DNA from: Amoebidium appalachense
Taxonomy: Eukaryota; Protista; Ichthyosporea
DNA length: 64,000 bases
Direction of reading: 5' to 3'
Assembly: GCA_963693365.1 (NCBI GenBank)
Contig: CAVNZM010000011.1
Location: forward strand, 5,537,921-5,601,920
The stretch's first letter is position 1; every line of letters starts with the position of its first letter. The notes beneath the pieces are model-generated. The model did no database searches and had not been told where the DNA came from. It was given only the letters and a program-made list of their open reading frames with translations. The translations under genes were made by a program, and so were the position numbers. Of this stretch, positions 1-13,187 are shown piece after piece.

Positions 1-68
1 ACACACACACACACACACACACACACACGAACACCCACACAGACACACGAACACACACACACACACAC

Positions 69-100
<32 letters not shown>

Positions 101-118
101 CGAACACCCACACCAACA

Positions 119-175
<57 letters not shown>

Positions 176-535
176 CACCAATTTCCCACCCCTCCCCCCT
201 CCCCCGCTCCAGTTGCTCCCTTTCCATTCATACTCCTACAGTTCCCATTCCACCTTTTCTTGTTTCCCATTCTAGATCCATGCTTGGATTGACCACCCAC
301 CCATCCATTTCTCTCCTAGGTGTTTATGATGTGTTTTTGTGTGTGCATAGCCCGTTAAAAGAATACCCCCCCGTTCCCAGCCCCGTTAAAAGAATACCCC
401 CCCGTTCCCAGCCCTGTTTTGTGTACTTGTGTAAACATACATGTGCTCCTCTAAAGAAATAAAGAAAACAAGTGATTTGTGCAGAATGATTTATATAATT
501 CACGATTCTCGGGTCTAACTATTTTAACGCTGCAG

Positions 536-1265
536 TTCGATTGGACGCTTCGGCTGATCAGGATCAGCCAGCTGCAAAAGGTGAACAAAAAACACACACA
601 TGGCCCTTTACCTCCCCCCCCCCCCCCCCCCCTCCTCCGCTCCCCGGCGCAATCTTCCCCAATATGTAGAAGAAAATGAAGTACTGAATCCGTTTGAAAT
701 TTGGATAATGAAAAGTTTCTGTGTTGGGATTGAGACGGAGTGGAGGGGGGGGGGGGGGGGGGGGATTTGGGGGGGGGGGGGAGGCACGGGATGGTCGAAT
801 GGTTGCAATTAGTGGGTGGGTAATTGGACAGGATGGGGGAGAATGGGGAGGTGAGGGGGAGGGGATTGAGGGGGTTCTAGGTGTGTTAGGAGGGGTGGAG
901 GCAAAGGTGTTTTTTTGTTGGGTCGACGCGCGCGCGTGTGTGTGTGTGTGTGTGTGTGTGGGCTGGGGGAGAGAAGGAGGGGGGGGGGGGGGGGGGGGGG
1001 GGTGCCACAGACACGGAACAGGTGTGTGTGTGTGTGTGTGATGTGGTGGTGGGGGAGAGGGGAGGGGGGAGGGGGAGGCAGGACAGGGAACAGGGAGGGA
1101 GATGTCCAGCATGATTAGCCTCATCGAGCTTTATGTTACAGATATCTTTGTACAGTGATTCGGTTTACTAAATTCTCACTTCACGTTGCAGTTCGGTTGG
1201 AGGCATCGACGGATAAAGACTTATCGGCAGCAAAAGGTAGACCCCTAAGCCATACTTGAAACTTC

Positions 1266-1299
<34 letters not shown>

Positions 1300-1466
1300 T
1301 TCCTCCCCTCCCACATTGGTTGGATTTCAAGTACTTGGTGTGGAGAGGAACAATGTTCCTACTTTTTTTTTCAGTTTTATAAACGTGTGGGTACTTCTCG
1401 GAAATTAGTGCATGAAATTGTTGTACGAAAATCGAGGGGGGAGGCCGGGGGGGCTGGGGGAGGGGG

Positions 1467-1506
<40 letters not shown>

Positions 1507-1612
1507 AAGGGAGAAAGGGAGAGGGGAACGGGAGGCGATAAGGGAGTTGGTGACGAATCATTCCTTTTGGCCCCCCATTTCTCCCCCCCCCCCCCCCCCC
1601 CCCCCCCCTCCC

Positions 1613-1645
<33 letters not shown>

Positions 1646-2034
1646 TTCTTCCTTTCTTGCTCAAACACTGCCTTTGCATGTAGGTGCCCGTGAAAGTTCA
1701 TGTTGCAAAATCGAAAATCAGTTATGATCTTTTAATCGTCAGGGGAAGGAGGGGGGGATCGTGTTTCAACGTGTTTGGCTGGGTAGCGGATTCTGAAACT
1801 ATAATGAAGTTATGTAACAGCGAAAATTGATGGTTTATTGTTTCCCCCCTCCTGACAGGTAACCCAGCGGCAGGCACCGGGGCAGCAACCCTTACGGTTC
1901 CATTTGGCGACGAACGAAAATCCACCACGATTGCGGATTTTAGGGGGGTCGAACTGGAATTTGAAAACATTAACGACACATTGGATAAAATGATGCAGTC
2001 GCTTGGAACAGAACGCACTGGGGTGACTGGGTGA
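536..2034 (+). CDS. Probable 3' end of a host gene: 45-nt exons 536-580 and 1192-1236, terminal exon 1859-2034; function unknown
   Basis: Two paralogous 45-nt segments, each flanked by YGCAG| and AAAAG|GT, encode RLDASADQDQPAAK and RLEASTDKDLSAAK. They are phase-compatible with an exon after CTGACAG| at 1859 (GNPAAGTG...TGVTG*, TGA 2032-2034). Other exons may be missed. Confidence 0.4.
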
Positions 2035-2625
2035 TCTTACGCTCCTGGTACGACACATTTTTACTTATCGTCTCGGCGTATGGTTTGATGGAGATATGTG
2101 CAGCATGCACACAGAGTGTCCCAGGGCAGCCCGAAAATAAAAAAAAATAAAAAAAAATAAAAAAAAATAAAAAAATAAAAAAATAAAAAATAAAAAAAAA
2201 CAAAAAAAAGAAACGGGGAACCCCAACTCATTGATTTTTCTTAGTCTCTAGTCTCTATGGTGTCTCGTAGAGAAAGTAAACCCTGATATATAATCATCAC
2301 CAGACATCTATGTACGTGATCATGATATACCACCAAGGGGATATTCCGAGCAAAAACCCCTCATACCTGAGACTGGTCTCTCTTTGCCTCGAGTAAACAG
2401 CGTAAATCCCCCCATACCCATGTCTCTCATAACTGTGACACTGTGTTTTACGTGCCTGCGTGACACATGCCTAGAATAGAAGAAGGGAGGAGGGGGGGCG
2501 ATGTGAATAAGGTGTCCCCCTGCCAGTAACTACACAAGAAATCATACAATCACACACCGGTCCCACCTTCCGTGTGTCTATTTGTCCCTAGGCAACATCC
2601 CGTATACAGTACGTGCAACCCGTCC

Positions 2626-2663
<38 letters not shown>

Positions 2664-3402
2664 GCCCCTCGCCCCTTCTCCTCCCCCAAATCTCTCTCCT
2701 TCAAATTCACACCCAGGATAAACCCAGGATAAACCCTCAATCCCCCTTCATCGCCACCACCTCCCCCTCCACCGCACCATCACTCTCCCCCAAACCCGAC
2801 CTCTGTGTTGTTGACGTGTTCCTCCCGGGCAATCTCCGTGCGATTCGCGCCACGAACGCAGGTGAAGACCTATTCCTCTTGATCGTCGAATCAGCGACCG
2901 AGGGCCTCCCAAGCTCCAAATCAGCAGAGTTGCCCTGTGTGTGTCTCCTCGTAGGAGGGGTGGCACCCGCGTCGGCGCGGTTTCTCTCCCCCGATGTTTT
3001 CTCCCCGAAATGGATGTATTCCTGTTGAAGCCTTTGCATGATTCTCTTCATCTCCCGCCTCGAAGGCGTAACTTCAATCCCCCCCGCGCGCGAACCAAAC
3101 CCATCCTCGTTCCCTGCCATCCCTCCTGAACCTGAGCCCATTGCACCCGAGAGGAACCCCGGGCTGCGTGGTTTCACCCTGGGTGATGGGTGTGTGTGCA
3201 CGTCAGGTGTGCGGCTGTTGGGGGCCTATCTGCCGTGTATTGCTGCACGTATGGCTATAACTTCTCCTCAACCTCCTTTTGTACCCTCACTAGAAGGGTC
3301 TGTACACTCTCTGGCCCAATTTCGTGCCTCTCTTGGCCCAGTCCGTTCAAGCCGTTGGAGCTGCAAAGGAGGGGGAGGAGGGGGTGGGAGTGGGGGGAGG
3401 GG

Positions 3403-3439
<37 letters not shown>

Positions 3440-3520
3440 GAAGGGGCAGGGGGAGGGGGGAGAGGGGAGGAGAGTTAGAACTTGTTATAGAGTACGAAGA
3501 CAACGTCAGCGGGTGCCCTC

Positions 3521-3561
<41 letters not shown>

Positions 3562-3695
3562 TATGGGTGCGTGTTGATAAAATCTACCAATGTGCGTGGT
3601 GGCTGAATACACATCCACCCACCCACCCTCCCCACCCACCCTTCTCTCCCCACGCACACACACGCGCGCGCGCGCTCACCTACGCACACGTGCGT

Positions 3696-3758
<63 letters not shown>

Positions 3759-3856
3759 TCCGTGTGTACGTGTGTGTGTGTGTTTGTATGTGTGTACGTG
3801 TGTGTGCGGCGCCTGTTTTGTGTGTGTGCGCGCGTGCGCACGCGCCGAGTGTGTAC

Positions 3857-3915
<59 letters not shown>

Positions 3916-4409
3916 ATTTGTATGTGTGTACGTGTGTGTTCGTAGGTGCTGCACACTACAGAGATCCAGCACATAAAAGTTTACCAAAGCAGCAGGAAAG
4001 TTACAATACCTTGGTAGAGTGTGCAATACCTTGGTAGAGGCACCCAAAGGGGCAGAGGTGAACACTACTTCTCTGCACAACGTCTGCCTTTGTCTAGCAC
4101 GAGGTCTCGTATACATGCATGCATTCATGCTCTCGCGTGTCTGCATGTTCCGGCATGAACTTCATACGCCTTGACGAGTACATGCAACCCTCTCAACAGG
4201 TGAATGATTTCTCAAGTGTGCCCTTCTCTACGTGTGAGTATCTCGGTGTGGACACGTGCGGTGGGGTGTATCTTGGTGACGAACAGGGCTGTTGGCGACA
4301 ACCACATGAGGTGCATGCAGCCCCTACCCTGCACACCACCCTCAGCCACGTGTTTCATGACCAGGCCACCACAGCCACTACGAGGCGACCATGGGCTGGA
4401 GCACCACTG

Positions 4410-4458
<49 letters not shown>

Positions 4459-4479
4459 CTCTCTCTCTCTCTCTCTCTC

Positions 4480-4522
<43 letters not shown>

Positions 4523-5771
4523 CCATTCAGCCTCGCACAACCATCTTCACACAATAACCCCTCATTAAGTTCCGGTTTGTGTGTAGAATCTAGAGTCATT
4601 GCCCGAGGAGATCTGTGTGACTGAAGATAGTGAGCCGAGGCGATGCGGTTACCCACTTGAACGAGCCTTTCAGCAGACCAGCGCACTTGAACTTGGATGA
4701 CGTGGAATAAAGAAAACAAAGAAGATAGAAACATGACCTGAAAGGGGGGGGCGGGGGGCGGGGGGGGGGATCAAACAGTTTTTCCACCCGCGTTTCGTCA
4801 TCAGAGACCTAAAGAATGGTTCCGTCACAAAGACCTCAGATGCCATTGCGAGCTACTTCATCTGGCCATCGTATTTGCAAAGGTTGCTTATGCTAGCAAG
4901 AACTGTAGGTGGATGTTTGGACTGAAGGAGGGGCCTTGGCATACAGATGCCAACGGGAATTCCTCCCTATAAGCCATCTGTGTGCTTTTCCTATCTCCAG
5001 CATATGACGTAAGGTCGAGAACGCCCTGGACATCAATAGCCGTGCTTGAATGTCTCCAAGTAAGTGAAGGTCAAAGCCATGCCTAATGTGATTGTACTCT
5101 TCCACGGGTATGGTTAACACGTGACTGAAAGGACAGCGAAAAGAAGTGGCACATCATGCAGGTGCTGTGGGCGTGCAAGTCGTAAACATACACAAAACGC
5201 ATTTATTCTCACATAAGGATTTACTGTACTGGCAAGACTTTCTCTGTCACAGTGGCAGTGTGCAAGGAGTTCACTGGTTTAAAGCAACCTACGTTCCAGC
5301 TGTATTGTGCACCCTTGTATATTTTGACAGCTAGCCATGCAAACCAGCCCAAACAAAATCCTCCTCTAGGTCATCTTGCAGAAGGCCACCTGTGCCATCG
5401 GAAAGGAAAACAGCACCAGCATGCATGAAAAAAAAAAAAAAAAAATGCTAGCCATCCAATCCTGCAGCCCAAACGAGCCAATAGAAAGAAGCTGGTCAGG
5501 CAGTGAAACGTTATTAGAGGCGAGGTATCTAGCTGTGAAACAATCTGACAGGTACGTCGGAACTGCGAGCACGTGCACAAGGTACCCACAACCAGTCACA
5601 GCGTGTCTCTGACAAGAGCCCCGAGCACCGAAAGGGCACAGTAACCAACAGGGACTTGAGCACATCCAACATCTCGATCACTGTATGGGTAGACACCATC
5701 ACCAGGCCCTGCCAGTCCACCTCAACACCCCCCATGCATCCCTATTCACCACGCTACCTATTGCTCAACCG

Positions 5772-6468
5772 CTAGACATCCTTCGGCACGACGTCGTCAA
5801 CAAGTTGCTGGTTGATCCCTGCAGCTCGGCAAGCGCATTCAAAGCTGATGCGTTGCTCTTCAGTGTGAAACACGCCGTCGGGATCGGGAATTGCTAAAAC
5901 TTCAAGGAACTGGTGATGGTGCATGGACGAAAGCGCCATAAGGTTCTTGAAAGCGCTGATGACAATCTTGCGTCTCTCTTCGGTAGGGATAGCTTTGGCA
6001 ACCTCGCCCAGAAATTCCCGACTACGGGCGAAGTCGGTTAGTGCCTCGGTTGTTGTAATTTTTTTTTGCGCTGCAGATTCTCCCTGGGTTCTCCGCATTC
6101 TCGCCCTCTGTTCATCAGCAATGACCTCGAGCACAAAACGCACCGAGAGCTTCTGCTCTTGCAACTTGGAGTTTCTCAGCTGGTTCTCGAGGGTGTTGAC
6201 TCTGTCCTTCGCAGCCCTAACTTCATCCTTCGCAGCCACAACTTCATCCATCGCAGCCACAACTTCATCCTTCGCAGCCAACGCCTGGCTAACAGCTGCG
6301 TCCCTTCTCGAAATACAACCGCCGCCAGAACTCAACTGATGAAGGATCAGAGGTAGTCAGGGTACTAAGGGCACGTGTGCGCCATGAGGCCACAGTACTC
6401 ACACTACTGATCGTGCATGCGGCGTGGCGCAAAAGAATGCGCGGTCGCATAAGCAAGGAGACGGCCAT
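5772..6468 (-). CDS. Two-exon uncharacterised coiled-coil protein (exon 1 6468-6403, exon 2 6335-5772)
   Basis: The 187-aa ORF has AAKDEVV heptad repeats (21-bp DNA repeats, ~6205-6280). A 67-bp GTGAGT...CTGAC...CAG intron joins it in frame to an upstream MAVSLLMRPRILLRHAACTISS exon. Confidence 0.6.
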
Positions 6469-7275
6469 TCTTCCAAAGATGTAGTTAGTGCTTTGAAAAG
6501 ACTACCGTCGATCAGTTACACACTACTGTGGTGCCGGACATTGTAGATCGACCCCTCCAGAAACTCCGATCATATGGATAGATCCAGCTCAATAAAACAT
6601 GTAAATGTGGGTGTGGTGGGGCGCAAATTGCATTTTTGGACAGGTCTCATCGAGTGCTTGGGGGCTACGCTTTGAGCGGCTGAAAAATCTTGAAAAATAA
6701 AAAGTTTTTCTAATAGTGAAAATTTTGACCCCGATGAGGGGTGCATATGACGTCATCGCTTTTTACCACATGCATATCTCGATACCCTCATAGTCGACCA
6801 AGCACTTTCTTTGCAGTTTTGGACTCGTCTCGACGAGACCTGTCGAGCCATACCACTGGCACTTGTCTGTGGCCTTTATTTCAGAAGCTCATTTTCACAA
6901 ATTTCACTGATACACCATCTGAGTTGGTGGGTAGGGGTTTTCGGGAGGGGGCCCGGCAGGGTGGGTTAGTTGCTAGCAAATGGTTACCCATAGCCTGTAG
7001 TTGTTGCCTTGTGCTAGAAGTGCCGCTCTTGGTTCCCCGCTCGGGACCAGGGGCGGCGTTAGTTTGAGTGAAGCATAACCATGGGGCGTGTTAGCAATAG
7101 GACCAAACAATGCCGAACAGCGGCAAAGGCCCCCGTTAAGTTGAAGCGTTCTGCGGGAGAGCTTTCTGCAGAGCTCAGGCCTGGTAAACGTGTAGCCATG
7201 TGTGAGGGGGGCGAGGATGACGGGGGCAAGGGGCAATAAAGAACAAAGAAACATGCACAGACACTCACACACAAA

Positions 7276-7307
<32 letters not shown>

Positions 7308-7321
7308 TAGAAAGAGAAAGG

Positions 7322-7352
<31 letters not shown>

Positions 7353-7359
7353 AGAGAGG

Positions 7360-7408
<49 letters not shown>

Positions 7409-7423
7409 AGAGGGAGAGAGAGG

Positions 7424-7490
<67 letters not shown>

Positions 7491-7590
7491 GGGGGAGGAG
7501 GAGGGGAGAAAGAGAGTTGGAGATGGGGGAGAGGAGGAGGGGGGGGGGGGAGGGAGAGACACACGGAGAGGGGGGGGGGGGGGGAGAGGT

Positions 7591-7630
<40 letters not shown>

Positions 7631-7633
7631 TCT

Positions 7634-7666
<33 letters not shown>

Positions 7667-8759
7667 GGAGAGAGAGAGAGAGAGGAGTGTGTGGGAAAAG
7701 GGGGAGGGGAGGGGGGGGGGGGGGGGGGGGTGGACCCGGAGAAGCTGAGAAACAATAGTTATTTTTTGCTTTTTTTTTTTTGTTCCCGAAACAAACTGGT
7801 CAATTAAACTTCTAGGGTAGGAGAAGGAGAGGGGGAGAGGGGAGAGGGGGGGGGGGGGGAGAGGGGAGGGAGGGGGGGAGGGGGGAGGGGGGGGGAGGGG
7901 GGCAGTCAATGGAGGAAAGAACTTACGCAATGAGCCAGACGCACTCTGTCGGAGTTGGGGGTAGCCGGGTCATATGAGAGATAGAAAAAGATGTTTTCAT
8001 ACTTCAACTCTGTTTGATTTTTTTTTTGAAAGACTCGAACTTCACACTGCAGCCGTGTCCATAACACTTGCTTCCACCCCGTGCGCATATTTTGATCTGC
8101 AACTTGCAGTCTCTTTGCATGAACGTGTAATCTGGGTTGTCTGAAGTGAGACGGCGGGGTCTCGTTATGTCCTCATAGAGAACCATGGTTGCGTGCAGAC
8201 AAGCCGTGTCCGAGTAACAGGCTCCGAGAACGTTGATTACCGACACGAACAGTTCTGAGAAGCTGCCAGCACTGCAACGCCCGATACATGGACGCCAAGA
8301 AACTGCACTTAATTAGCTTAAATTTTGCGCAAACTTTGCGCAAACAACTAATTACGCGCTAATTACGCGTTAATTATTACAAATAAACACTAATTACTCA
8401 TTAATTAAGGGTTTGAGGGGCCTATGACGTCATCGTTTTTTCATAATAGAAATATCGCGAAAAAAAAGGTATGGGCGTGATCCTCTCGTCGAGAGGACCT
8501 CTAAACTGCTTTCGCCTTCACGGTATCGCGATCGGGGGGCCAGATATCTATAGGGTGCCATCTACGATGTCCGGCACCATACAATGGGCGGGTCAACGTT
8601 AGCACTAAATGTGGCTGCGTCATCGGATTCGAGGCAATCCGATCTTATTACCAATAAAAGCCGATGCGATCGCGGTTGTCCAATCAAGAAGTCCCAATCC
8701 CGTAATTTTGGACTGCTCCCCCTAGTTGAACAGTTTGGGGGGACTGGTGTAAGGGTTTT

Positions 8760-8999
8760 TCGGGTCGGGCCGAAGGCCCTATTGGGCCGCCAGGCCCGGG
8801 GGCCCCGGGGACCGGGGGCCCCCCCACCCAGGGAGGCCCGGGGGCCCCGGGGACCGGGGGCCCCCCCCACCCACGGAGGCCCGGGGGGCCACGGGGGCCC
8901 GGCGTTAGTTTACCGGGGGGCCACGGGGGCCCGGCGTTAGTTTACCGGGGGGCCACGGGGGGCCCGGCGTTAGTTTACTACTAACGCCGGGCCCCCGTG
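8760..8999. repeat. GC-rich direct repeats ending in a hairpin
   Basis: GGCCCGGGGGCCCCGGGGACCGGGGGCCCCCCCACCC x2, then CCGGGGGGCCACGGGGGCCCGGCGTTAGTTTA x3. The last copy folds back on ACTAACGCCGGGCCCCCGTG. Confidence 0.85.
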
Positions 9000-9776
9000 C
9001 TTTTGACGGCAGGCACCAGCCTGGCCACCACCTCTGCGTCCATGCCACTCACTAACCCTACCATTTTCACCAGTAGGAAGGGGTACCCCACAAAGTTCTT
9101 CCTTGCCTCGTCCTTGTACCGGCGGTGCCACGACAAGGAAAACTTAAACATGCCCGTCAGCAACTCCAACTACTCGCACGTGAACCTAGGGAGGGGGTGC
9201 CCGTACAGCCTGTTCATGATATAAGGTACGTGCACGTAGTGCCGTGTGAGCTTGTTCTGCCTCAACACCCTCCTTGCCTGGTCTGCACTCTCTCTGTGTT
9301 GCACGCCCCTGAATGCTGCCACCACCCCCTCCTGCATGTCCCCCCATAGACGCATTCAGCCCTTGCACCGACTGCAGCAGCTGCTTGAAGTGGTTAATGT
9401 GTCTGTACGGCTGAGACCTCTTTCTGTCCCAGAAGGCCGTGCATCCCTCGTACGTCTTCCTCCCCTCACCGTCACTCCCCTCCCACCCCCTCCCGTCGTA
9501 CACCCGGTCCTCCTCCTCCTCCTCCCCCTCCCCCCTCCCTCCCCCCTCCTCGTACACGTACTCCTGGTCCCCTCCGTCGTGCTCGTATTCGTCGTGTTCC
9601 CCCGTGCACGTCTCCCTCTCCTTGCAGGATGCCCACCAACATGCACACGGTGGCTGTGGTTTTGGTTGTGTGGTGGTGGTGTTGCAGTACATGTCATAGA
9701 GGAAGGGGCACAAGTCTAGCAGCTTCTCAGGGTCTGTGGTGTCGGCCATCATACTTAGCAGTGTGTCCTCGTCCAT
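8999..9776 (-). pseudogene. VLTF3-like (poxvirus A2/NCLDV late transcription factor 3) pseudogene
   Basis: Motifs in the expected order across ORFs 9186-10013, 9170-9355 and 8981-9169: YRHINHFKQLLQSVQG, RRVLRQNKLTRHYVHVPYIMNRLYG.PLP, RKNFVGYPFLLVKM, P.VKS. One frameshift (~9355) and one in-frame TAG (9170-9172); 3' end truncated; no introns; ATG preceded by TAAAAATTAAAATTAAA. Confidence 0.75.
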
Positions 9777-10218
9777 TTTAATTTTAATTTTTAAGTTACG
9801 TGTGTGTGTGTGTGTGTGTGTGTGGTCTACGGGTGTTGCAAAAAGTGAAGTGTTTGTGTACATGTGTGTGCGCCTTTTATATGTTTTGGTGCCTGCTCTT
9901 TCTGGCAAGCCTCCCACCCTTGTATGCATGTACGGTGGTGGGGTTGGTGTTGTTTCTACCTGTGCCTGCATGTGGTGGTCTGCTGAACGACACGTTTGTG
10001 TTTGTGTTTGCATTAAGTCCTGATTTTAATGGCTGTTGCCCCTCGTGCACACGGTGCACATGGTGTATACCTAAAAACACACTCTTTTTCTTTAAGTTCT
10101 TCTTCTGACCCCCCTGCCCGTGCACATGGTACCCCATTTTTCTATCTTTCAAAGCTAAGTTAACAGACACCTCATATAATTTTCAAATTTACTCTAATGT
10201 AACTTCAGGTGCTTAGAC

Positions 10219-10523
10219 TGTCGAACAGGATAGCCATCCGGTATGCCCTGCGTTAGCGTAGCACTAGTGATCGGGAATATTCGAGATATTCGGGATAAAC
10301 TGGTGGATAGGTTCACGATAGATCAGGATAGATCTAGAGGAGTCTAGAAGATTCTGTTGGAGTGTTCTGATTGGTAGCGACTAGATCCATAGCGGCGGGT
10401 AGACCAATCGGGAATAGTATGTAACATTCCAGTGAGCCAGACCACAAGTATATAAAGGTCCCGGTGGGCCAGTCAATGTAAGTCAGCAAATAATAAAGTC
10501 TCACAGAGAAACCTCTAAGTTAC
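10219..10523 (+). repeat. Copia 5' LTR
   Basis: TGTCGAACAG...CTAAGTTAC, with TATATAAA and AATAAA; followed directly by the PBS. Confidence 0.95.
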
Positions 10524-10537
10524 GGTTATGGGCCCAG
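10524..10537 (+). promoter_or_regulatory. Primer binding site complementary to the anticodon-arm region of tRNAiMet (half-tRNA primer)
   Basis: GGTTATGGGCCCAG is the reverse complement of CTGGGCCCATAACC in initiator tRNA-Met, the same PBS type as Drosophila copia. Confidence 0.9.
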
Positions 10538-10571
10538 TGCAACGCTACGATCAAGCGACTGTTGAGACAAG

Positions 10572-13187
10572 ATGGGAAGAGCAAAATGTCCAGTTCCCAT
10601 GTATGAAGGAGAAGGCAAGGGCAAAATCTCCTACTCAATGTGGGCCATGCGCATGAAGTGCTTCCTCGAGGGCGAGGAATTATGGTACACGATTGAAGAC
10701 GTGGCTCCTGAAGTGATACTATGAGAGGACGGCGAACTGGTGGAGCAACCTCCGGTGGAGATCGACCCCTTGGACCAGAAGAAGGCGACTTCCTACCTGG
10801 TCGAGACACTAGGTGATGTACCTGCAAGCCTGTGTCGGCGAGCTATTGCCGTAGGAAATCCCAAGGACATATGGGATACGGCAGCATCATACGCTGCGCG
10901 CAACACAGATGAGCACAAGAGAATGTTGATTCAACAGTTCTGGCGTGCTGATATGATGCCGACGGAAAGCGTGCTGGAGTATGCGGCCCGTCTGGAGTGC
11001 ATTGTGCAGGATCTTCTTCATATCGACCCCAATGGAGTTAGTGAGGACATGGTTGCCGAGAAATTCCTGGACGGTGTAGGCGCTGACGACCGATTCCGCA
11101 CCGACGTTAGGACCATTCAAGCTTTACCAGCAGCTGAGAAGACAATGGAAAAGATAATCGCCAAGCTGCGTGGTTTTGAGGAGAACGAGGCTGCAAGGGA
11201 GCAGCAGCGGGTGATGATGACCAGCACCCAAGGGCGCGGCGGTACGCCACGACAGGACACCGGCAAGCCGCGCGTGACTGACATATCCAAGGTGGAGTGT
11301 TACAAATGTCACAAGTTTGGGCACTACAAGTCACAGTGTCCAAAGAAGAAGAAGGGCGGCAATCGCGGCGACAAGGCGAAGCAGAACGGAGCTTCCAAGG
11401 AGATACTCGCCATGGCGGTAAACAGCGGACTCCCTTCTTCAACTGAGTGGTATTGGGACTGCGGCGCAACCTCCCATGTCACATGCCGAAAGGACTGGAT
11501 GGAAGACTTCCGCTCGATCACACCCAAACCCGTCGCTCTGGGTAACCCCCCGGGTGTGATGGCGCTAGGAATAGGCGTCGTAAGATTAACAAGTGAGTTC
11601 CAGGGCAACAGCATGACATTTAGACTGCAGAATGTGCTGTACGTGCCAGCATTTGGAACTAACGTGATGTCGGCTTCAAGCGCCGGCAAGCACGGGTTAA
11701 GAGGCATCACCGACGGTCGACAGTGTACGATTGAGAGTGCCACAGATGGCCAAGTTGTGGCCCGTGGGGTAGTGGAGGGAGGCCTGTATCGTCTCCTAGT
11801 GAAACCCGTATGTGAGAGCGTGAACATGGTGACCACTGCAGTCGGCAGCAGTGGGGGTAACACCGTGTGTGAGCCGGTAAAGGGCAGCGCCAGTTTATGG
11901 CACCGGCGGTTTGGTCATGTGGCAATAAACACGCTACAGAAGATGGTTAAAGAAAACATCGTCGAGGGTCTGTGCATCGACTGCAAACCCCAGGATGACG
12001 GTGTGTGCGAGGGATGCGCGAGAGGGAAGCAAGCCCGGCTCTCTTTCAGTAAGCTACCCCGCAAGACAGCGCCAGCGAAGCTCGACAGAGTTCATTCTGA
12101 TGTGGCAGGACCGTTCAACAAGGAGTCGCTGCAAGGTTCCAAGTATTATGTCACCTTCATCGACGACAAGACAAGGTTCACTACGGTGTACTTCATGAAA
12201 CATAAATCCCAAGTGCATACTTACTTCAAGAAGTACAAGGCACACGTAGAGAAGCAACACGGTGCCAGCATCAAGATTCTGCGTTCCGACAACGGGGGTG
12301 AGTACACCTCCACTGAGTTCAAGTCGTTCCTGGAAGCATGCGGCATTGAACATGAGGCGACAGTCCCTTACACACCAGAGCAGAATGGTGTAGCAGAGAG
12401 GGCTAACAGGACCATTGTCGAGACGGCGCGCTGCATGCTGCAGTCAGCAGGCATGAGTATGGGGTTCTGGCAGCTGGCAGTACAGGCAGCTGTGTACATC
12501 AAGAACCTGACGCCAACCACAGTACTGGGTGGCATGACACCTTGGGAGGCATGGTATGGAGAGAAGCCCGATGTTAGCCATCTACGTGTATTTGGTAGCA
12601 AGGCATTTGTCCATGTGCCGAAGGACGAGCGCAGGAAGCTAGACGCCAAGAGTCGGGAGTGTAAATTCGTCGGCTACACAGGTGACAGCAAGACGTACTT
12701 GTTGTGGGACACCGAGGCGCGCAAGACTATCGTCGGGCGAGATGTGGTGATCGATGAATCATGCACCCCAAAGGCCGGTATTCCGGTGGTGCAAGATGAG
12801 CCAATGGAATTGCTGATGCATAAGCCAATCGGAAATCAGCAGAGCATGGAATCGAGGAATCCAATCAGCGTCAAGAAGCAACATTCCTTTCGGAAGCCTG
12901 CAATCGGCACTGACAGTGGATATGATTCAGATGCTATCGGCGACGGCGCGGGCGAGGACAGCGGCGATTCGGACGCGGCAGGGTCAGGAGACGAGGAAGA
13001 TAGTGCAGAGTTGCAGGTTGCAACCAGAAGTGCCTATCCGTCCATGACTACAAGGCGCGGTGGGACCTACGGCATCAACGCAGGTGTAGTAGAGTACCGC
13101 GACAGTATCAGCATGGCAATTGAGAGTGCTGATAGCAATGAGGATGACCCTGTGACACTGGAAGAAGCAATCTCCAGGCCAGCATCA
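10572..13187 (+). pseudogene. Copia gag-protease-integrase polyprotein, unit 1
   Basis: ATG at 10572, in-frame TGA at 10722-10724. Zinc knuckle CYKCHKFGHYKSQC; protease WYWDCGATSHV; LWHRRFGH...CEGC; integrase VHSDVAGP / RSDNGGEY / QNGVAERANR. Ends at the TRIM insertion after DPVTLEEAISRPA. Confidence 0.93.

Noticed and set aside
2737-3365. 154-aa minus-strand ORF and upstream exon-like sequence
   Set aside because: No recognisable domain, and in-frame stops upstream. It may be a decayed gene but cannot be supported.
4560-5760. Possible decayed transposase fragments (FVIRDL on +, LTIPVEEYNH on -)
   Set aside because: Only short motif resemblances on conflicting strands, with many stops.
7920-8270. 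Exon-like minus-strand segment ending at a GTAAGT donor
   Set aside because: Needs a frameshift, and no partner exon or homology is evident.
10722-10724. In-frame TGA in both Copia units as recoding or an alternative genetic code
   Set aside because: Both units derive from one duplication. A CGA>TGA or TGG>TGA mutation is simpler, and TGA acts as a stop in other genes here.
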